DNA of 64,000 bases from an uncultured Actinomycetes bacterium. GTDB lineage: Bacteria; Actinomycetota; Thermoleophilia; Gaiellales; JALYLC01. The stretch covers positions 677,532-741,531 of the forward strand of contig OY970326.1 in NCBI GenBank assembly GCA_963717155.1. Reading direction: 5' to 3'. Shown here piece by piece: positions 58,608-64,000 of the stretch (position 1 is the stretch's first letter; each line of letters starts with the position of its first letter). Both the position numbers and the translations under genes were made by a program. Under the pieces are notes generated by a model, which was not told the origin of the DNA, did not search any database, and worked only from the letters and a program-made list of their open reading frames with translations.

Positions 58608-60599
58608 CTATGGGGATGGCTGCCAGGTTGGGTGGATGCTTGAGCGGAAGGGGGTTGTGGAGAGGACGCGGAGGTTGCTGCCGTCGGTGTTGGCGACCAT
58701 GATCGCTGTCTGTGGTGGCTGGTCTGGGAGTGGGGCGTCGAACGCGATTTGGGCGCCGTCGGGTGAGAACGATGGGTACTCGGCGCAGTGGGCGCTGATC
58801 GCGAGTCGCTCGCTCGCGGGGATACCGGGAGTGACGAGGTAGATACCGGCGTCGCCGCCGATGGCGAGTTGTGTCCCATCTGGGGACCACGCCACGCCGC
58901 CTTGGCTTTGGCACGCGGTTGTCGCGGGGTTGGGTGCTAGGACCTCTGGTGTGCCGCCGGTCGGCGCTATCGCCATGATGGCGTCGCCAGCGACGTATGC
59001 GATCTTGGAGCTGTCGGCCGCCCACGCTGGAGTGGCACCGTACATCCCGGCCTCGGGCAGGTGCGTGCGCGCGCCGCCGGTCGCTGAGACGATCTGGAGT
59101 TCGCTGTTTTCGGGGTCGCCATGCCAGAAGGCGATTTGCTTCCCGTCCGGGCTGAACGAGGGATTGCTGTCGAGGCTTGGCAGCGGGACGCCGCCGTCGT
59201 CGGTCACCGGCTGTGGCGCCGAGCCGTCTGCGAGTGCGGTCTCGAGGTGTGTCGATTCGCCCTCGGACGCGAGACAGGCGAACTGTTCGGCGCTGTAGGC
59301 GATTCTCGTCCCGTCTGGCGACCAGGTCGGCGCTTCGAGGTCGCGCGGGTCGTGCGTCAGGGGACGTGTCGTGCCGCCGTCGACGGGTACGGCGTAGAGC
59401 CCCGCGCCACCGCAGTTCGTGGCGGTGAGCAGGAGCAAGCGCCGACCGTCGGGCAGCCAAGCCAGCTCGTCGCTGTTGTTGGTAAATGGGAAACGTCCGA
59501 CCACTTGGGGATGTCGGCCGTGCGTGTCGGTGACGAAGACCGGGAACGTCGCGCCCGGACGCTCCGGGCTCCTGCCTTCGTACGCAAGTCGACCGTCGGC
59601 CGACCAGATGCCGTTGCCGCCGTCGAGTCCGCTTGCTGCGACTCCGCTCGTCACGGACACGAGTTTCGGCCTTCCCCTGGCATCGACCGCGGAGACGTAC
59701 CGGCCGTCCGGCGTGAACGACACGCGACCTTGACCCCAGGCCAGTCGAAGCTGCACCGCACTCGCGAAGGCGCGTGGATCACCAACCAAGAGGACGTACG
59801 ATTGTGTAACGAGCAACAGTCGCCCATCCGGTGACCAGGCGAGCGCGTGACCGCGAACCCTCGCCACCTTCGCACCGGACTCGTCGACGATGATCGTCGA
59901 GCTGATCGTTGGGGGACCGGCTCCTGATGCCACGCTCGCGGCAAGCAGTCCGCGGTTCGACCAAACCGCAGACGACCCAGGAAGCGCGAAGCGTGCGCGA
60001 CCGGTTAGGTCGAAGACCGTGGTCTGCCGCCCGACGCTGCAGGCGATGAGCGTGCCATCCGGCGACGGTTGAAAGCGGCCATCGCACGCGCGTATCTCCC
60101 GTGCCGTCGAGCGCCGCGTGTCGATCACGAAGTCGTGAGCAGTCGTAACCGTGCTCACAGGATCCGACGTGAGATAAGACGCGAACAGCCGCGAGCCATC
60201 ACGCGAGAAGACAAGCGGCGTATCGGCGCTCGCCGAGGCGTCCCTCAGGGGGACGCCGGAGTCAGCCATCCGCACCATCTGCAGGTGGAAGCCGTCGGAG
60301 CGAGCGAGGTAGACCTCATCGACTCCACTGCGGTTGCTCCAAAACGCGATCAGATCACCGACGGGTGCCACAGCCAGACCCGACTCCGCCGCGAGACTCT
60401 TCGAGATGTCACGCGGCGCTCGCCCGGGCGCGAGCGAGTAGATCTCGCCTGGTTGATCCTTATCGCGATCGCTCGCGAACACAATCGAGCCAGCTGACTC
60501 CGCCCGCGATGATTCGACTCCGAGCGAGACTCCGGCCCCGACCGCTCCCAACAGGAGGAGCATCGCAGCAAGCGCGCACACAAGGCGCGGCCGACCCAT
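58608..60599 (-). CDS. Secreted PD40/TolB-like WD40-like beta-propeller repeat protein
   Basis: Intact 663-aa ORF. Signal LVCALAAMLLLLGAVGAGV. Many PD40-type repeats (IVFASDRD..GEIY, WSPDGRLL, FTPDGRYV, WSPDGTRIAYS, FSPDGKQIAFW, WSPDGTQLA, FSPDGAQIAF). Confidence 0.8.
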   Translation of the reverse strand: MGRPRLVCALAAMLLLLGAVGAGVSLGVESSRAESAGSIVFASDRDKDQPGEIYSLAPGRAPRDISKSLAAESGLAVAPVGDLIAFWSNRSGVDEVYLARSDGFHLQMVRMADSGVPLRDASASADTPLVFSRDGSRLFASYLTSDPVSTVTTAHDFVIDTRRSTAREIRACDGRFQPSPDGTLIACSVGRQTTVFDLTGRARFALPGSSAVWSNRGLLAASVASGAGPPTISSTIIVDESGAKVARVRGHALAWSPDGRLLLVTQSYVLLVGDPRAFASAVQLRLAWGQGRVSFTPDGRYVSAVDARGRPKLVSVTSGVAASGLDGGNGIWSADGRLAYEGRSPERPGATFPVFVTDTHGRHPQVVGRFPFTNNSDELAWLPDGRRLLLLTATNCGGAGLYAVPVDGGTTRPLTHDPRDLEAPTWSPDGTRIAYSAEQFACLASEGESTHLETALADGSAPQPVTDDGGVPLPSLDSNPSFSPDGKQIAFWHGDPENSELQIVSATGGARTHLPEAGMYGATPAWAADSSKIAYVAGDAIMAIAPTGGTPEVLAPNPATTACQSQGGVAWSPDGTQLAIGGDAGIYLVTPGIPASERLAISAHCAEYPSFSPDGAQIAFDAPLPDQPPQTAIMVANTDGSNLRVLSTTPFRSSIHPTWQPSP

Positions 60600-61003
60600 C
60601 GACGGAATCTACCGCCCGCCGTCCCCGCCTGCAATCGCGCCTGCTCGATCAAGCCCAAATCCCACATCGGCACATCGCCAAGCCGCCGGCGAATGATTCT
60701 CGACGAGGGTGCCCACAGAGCCAGAATCCCCGGACAACAGCTGCACGTCCTGAGAACAGGACGCTCCGCACCCGAGACTCGCGCCTCTTCCGCCCGCTGC
60801 GCCGGATCCGCAGTTACCTATGCGAACGGTCTGCGTCACTGATGCGATGCGTTGACGACCAGCTAAAGATCGGCGTCTGGACTCGACACCGCGCGATCGG
60901 ATCGTTACTATCGCGCGTGCTTGAGCCTATTGTCGCTATCTGGAGGGTGGCGGTGGTGCTCTCGGCGTGGTCGCAGCGAGTAGAGGCTGGCTCGAGGGGT
61001 ACC

Positions 61004-62536
61004 GTGAGCGCTGCGGGTTGCTGCAGTGCGGGCCGCCGGTGGACGCGCGTTGGGCTGCTCGGCGCTGTCGGATGCGCGCTACTGCTCGGAGTTGCTCCTG
61101 CTGGTCGTGCGAGCTTTCCCGGGTCGCCTGGGGAGATCGTGTTCTCGTCGACGTTCAGCGGTGATCGGGAGATCTATGTTGCGGCGCCTGACGGTTCGGC
61201 GCGCGTCGATTTGACGCGCGATCCGCAAGCCGCGGACACCACGCCGAGCTGGTCGCCGGACGGTCAGCGGATCGCGTTTGCGAGCGACCGGTCGGGCTCG
61301 ATGGAGATCTATCTGATGGATGCGGACGGCTCGGGTGTCGCGCAGGTCACTCGCGATGGGGCGTATGCGGACGATCCGCGCTTCACGGCCGATGGGCGCT
61401 TCATCGTGTACGAGTCGAAGCGCGGTGGGAATTGGGAGATCCGCCGTGTCGATGTCGACGGGAACGGCGAGGTCGACCTCACGCGCAACCGCGCGAGCGA
61501 CCGTTCCCCGGCGACGTCTCCCAACGGACGGATGGTCGCGTTCTCGAGCAATCGTGGGACGACCGGGACGCACATCTGGACGATGACGATCCAAGGCAAG
61601 GCGCTTCGCCGCGTGACGACGACCAGGGGCAGCCAGACCGATCCCGCCTGGGCCCCCGCGGGAGGGCGACTGGCCTACGTCGCCGGCAAACCCGGGGCGG
61701 GGACAAACATCTGGACCGTACTAGCCAACGGACACGACGCGCGCCGGCTTACTCAGCAGCGCGACAGAGCCGAGATCAACCCCTCCTGGTCCCCCGACGC
61801 CCACTCGATCGTCTACCAGGACTGCTCCACCGTCTACCTGACTGGGTGCACACTCTCAGTGCAGGCGCTCGGAGGCAGCCCGATCGACATCTCGCAGCTG
61901 CGCGCGCCGTTCCTCGACACCTTTGACGCAGGCGCCTCAGACCAATTCTGGAACCCGCATCAGGATGGCACCGGCGCCCATGTGAGCGAGCAGAATGGCG
62001 AGCTCGTGATGTCGATCTCCGCCGATGCGACCCAGGGAGGCATCTTTAACCGGATCGATGGTGGCTGGCTCAGCGCCTGCCAACTCACCGGTGACTTCGA
62101 TGTGCAAGCCGATTACCAACTACTGCAGTGGCCGGCCGAAAACGGCGTCCAAGTCACCCTCGGCGCCTCCAACTTAGGCATGGGGCCGTTTCGCGAAAGC
62201 CAGACATACGGCGAATCCTACGGCTCGTACATCCCGCCTGCAGGTGCGGAGAACATCCTGACCCAAGACACTGTCGGCGAGCTCCGCATCCAACGACAAG
62301 GCGGCACCGCCACAGCCTCCTACGAAACCGCCACCGGAGGATGGGCGCCGATCCAAAGCGGCCTCGTCCCGACCGGTCCCACCTTCATCGGCGTCGACAT
62401 CTCCAGCATGAACGACTTCTTCATCCACCAACCCGTCACGATCGCCTGGGACAACTTCCGCATCAACTCAGGAACGTTGTCCTGCCCCAACTTCTCATGG
62501 GAAGACGACTCACCCGACTGGCAACCCGTTGGCTAG
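61004..62536 (+). CDS. Secreted PD40/TolB-like beta-propeller protein with C-terminal jelly-roll (LamG/concanavalin-like?) domain
   Basis: In-frame GTG 61004 precedes a signal-like RVGLLGAVGCALLLGVAPAGRA. Repeats IVFSSTFSGDREIY, WSPDGQRIAFASDRSGSMEIY, FTADGRFIVYESKRGGNWEI, TSPNGRMVAFSSNRG, WSPDAHSIVY. The last ~200 aa are beta-rich and of unknown fold. The track ORF start (60365) is a run-on. Confidence 0.75.
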   Translation: MSAAGCCSAGRRWTRVGLLGAVGCALLLGVAPAGRASFPGSPGEIVFSSTFSGDREIYVAAPDGSARVDLTRDPQAADTTPSWSPDGQRIAFASDRSGSMEIYLMDADGSGVAQVTRDGAYADDPRFTADGRFIVYESKRGGNWEIRRVDVDGNGEVDLTRNRASDRSPATSPNGRMVAFSSNRGTTGTHIWTMTIQGKALRRVTTTRGSQTDPAWAPAGGRLAYVAGKPGAGTNIWTVLANGHDARRLTQQRDRAEINPSWSPDAHSIVYQDCSTVYLTGCTLSVQALGGSPIDISQLRAPFLDTFDAGASDQFWNPHQDGTGAHVSEQNGELVMSISADATQGGIFNRIDGGWLSACQLTGDFDVQADYQLLQWPAENGVQVTLGASNLGMGPFRESQTYGESYGSYIPPAGAENILTQDTVGELRIQRQGGTATASYETATGGWAPIQSGLVPTGPTFIGVDISSMNDFFIHQPVTIAWDNFRINSGTLSCPNFSWEDDSPDWQPVG

Positions 62537-62588
62537 GCGGGCTCTGGCGGAGCCGCGGTCTAAGCTAACTGCTCGCGAAGGAGGCTGT

Positions 62589-64000
62589 ATGCGCTCGCTG
62601 CGTTGGCTTGGGGTCGGAGTGGCTCTAGTGGCCGCGTTTGCGACTGCCGCGGCGGAGGCTCGGCCGCAGGAGTCGCTGACGCGGCTTGTGCCGCCGCCCG
62701 AGGGTCAGACGTACTTCGGTTTGACGATGCGAATGTACGACACGACCGATCCGGCGCAGCGCGACACGAGGCCGGTGGATGTGCGGCTTAGCGATGCGGT
62801 GGCGAGCGATCTCGGTGGCCGCGCGCCGACGTTCTTCACGGTCGACGCGTACTTTCCGAGACCCCCCCTCCCTGGGGAGATTCCGACGAACCAGATCCGG
62901 ACGGCTCTGACCCATTCAGGCTCGTCACTCGCTGTCGTGAATTGGCAGCTTGGCGTATCGGGCGCTCCGTGCGGCTATGCGTGCTACCACGGTTACACCA
63001 CTGTGGACGTCGCCGACGGCGCCCTCGACGCGTACATTCGCCGGGCAGCGGTCGCCTATCGGCGCCTCCGCACGCCGGTGTTGATCTGGCTGATGCCGGA
63101 TGCAAACTCGCACAATCATCCCGGGCTAACGGCGTTCGGAGTCACGCAGTTGACGCCGGCCGACTATCGCGCGGCGTGGCGCCATGTAGTTGATGTCTTT
63201 CGCCAGGAGGGTGCGAACAACGTCTCGTTCGGGTGGGTCGTCGATGGGTTCGCCCGAGATGGGCAGCCAGACCCAAACGTCGACCACCGTATCGCGTTGT
63301 ACTACCCGGGTGATCGCTACGTGGACTGGATCGGGACAGAAACGTTCGATCGCCCGCCGATTGGCTTCCTGGTGCCGCCGTACGAGTTCGCGGTCGCGCG
63401 TGGTAAGCCGTTCGCTGTCGCGGGGTTTGGGCTGCGCTCGCATCTTTCGTGGTTCGATCCGGCGGACGACGTCAGCTATCTCTCATCGCTCTTCGACTGG
63501 TTCGAGTCGCACCCCGATGTGAGGGCCATCGACTACGTCGACGAGCGGAACGACGGCCGTGCGACGCCGCAGGAACTAGCGTCATCGGTCTCGCTCGACG
63601 GCGGCCAAGTTTCCTACACGCCGTGGAGTCCCATCGATGGCTACGACGCTGAGAATGATGGGCGCTTGCTCGCCGATGACGGTGTGGGCCGTAGCGCGAT
63701 CTTCGCGGGCCGCATCGCGAATCCGCACTACATCGCGACTATCTCCACTTCGCCGACGACGACTCGCGTGAGTCGGGCGCGCATCTTGCGGCTGAGCGTG
63801 GGCCGGCTCTTCGCGAGTTGGAGTGGAGACCCCGTCGCGCTGGTTTACGACGTTGAGGTGCGTCAGGTAGGCCATGCCTGGCGCGAAGTCGTCAAGCACT
63901 CGTCAGAGACCAGCGAACCTCTCCCTGCCCTGCCAGCGGGGCGCTACCAGTTGAGGGTACGCGCATACGACGTGATCGGTACCCGAGGGCCCTGGTCGCC
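62589..64000 (+). CDS. Secreted glycoside hydrolase, GH26-like, with C-terminal FN3-like region (runs off window end)
   Basis: Not in the ORF track because it has no stop. ATG 62589 follows GAAGGAGG. My translation is open to 64000: MRSLRWLGVGVALVAAFATAAAEA (signal)...ALYYPGDRYVDWIGTETFD (resembles the GH26 YPGDxYVDWVG block)...YDVEVRQVGHAWREV...RYQLRVRAYDVIGTRGPWS. Confidence 0.5.
   Translation, partial: MRSLRWLGVGVALVAAFATAAAEARPQESLTRLVPPPEGQTYFGLTMRMYDTTDPAQRDTRPVDVRLSDAVASDLGGRAPTFFTVDAYFPRPPLPGEIPTNQIRTALTHSGSSLAVVNWQLGVSGAPCGYACYHGYTTVDVADGALDAYIRRAAVAYRRLRTPVLIWLMPDANSHNHPGLTAFGVTQLTPADYRAAWRHVVDVFRQEGANNVSFGWVVDGFARDGQPDPNVDHRIALYYPGDRYVDWIGTETFDRPPIGFLVPPYEFAVARGKPFAVAGFGLRSHLSWFDPADDVSYLSSLFDWFESHPDVRAIDYVDERNDGRATPQELASSVSLDGGQVSYTPWSPIDGYDAENDGRLLADDGVGRSAIFAGRIANPHYIATISTSPTTTRVSRARILRLSVGRLFASWSGDPVALVYDVEVRQVGHAWREVVKHSSETSEPLPALPAGRYQLRVRAYDVIGTRGPWS

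Noticed and set aside
60365-61003. 213-codon N-terminal extension of the 60365-62536 ORF
   Set aside because: The upstream part overlaps the 5' end of the divergent PD40 gene and the intergenic spacer, and reads as Pro/Arg/Ser low complexity. An in-frame GTG at 61004 directly precedes a signal peptide.

Overview
Very GC-rich (roughly 70% by eye), actinobacterium-like chromosomal segment. It holds about 60 protein-coding genes and three tRNA genes (Pro-TGG, Trp-CCA, Arg-TCT). I saw no rRNA, CRISPR array or transposase.

Positions 1-48.3 kb look like core chromosome:
- a LexA-boxed imuB-dnaE2 mutasome
- two tandem TadG-like/vWA proteins with a duplicated upstream leader
- a divergently transcribed coiled-coil protein of about 1,550 aa, built from 126-bp and 198-bp in-frame tandem repeats
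- paaK and two SDR genes
- efeUOB iron uptake with a palindromic operator candidate
- a PQQ-like propeller and two NlpC/P60 hydrolases
- trpS, topoisomerase III, an RpiR regulator, a serine hydrolase, ferritin and a NUDIX hydrolase
- a BNR/cadherin-like exoprotein
- ileS, a HAD hydrolase, glycerate kinase and ispH
- a multi-GAF/PAS histidine kinase with a CheY-like partner, plus a polysaccharide deacetylase

Downstream of tRNA-Arg (48.4-58.6 kb, possibly further) lies a mosaic accessory region:
- an ECF sigma/anti-sigma pair
- a phage TerS/TerL pair with no other virion genes
- three co-oriented small serine-recombinase genes in different states of decay (intact, frameshifted, catalytic domain missing)
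- MarC, a ferric-reductase remnant, DUF2252 and a KcsA-like K+ channel
- then PD40/TolB-like propeller proteins and a GH26-like hydrolase

Many conserved genes, including essential ileS, are interrupted by frameshifts that occur in multi-kb blocks. I read these as assembly indel errors rather than gene decay, so coordinates for such genes are envelope coordinates. All functional calls rest on motif recognition by eye in the supplied translations. No database search, HMM or folding run was possible.
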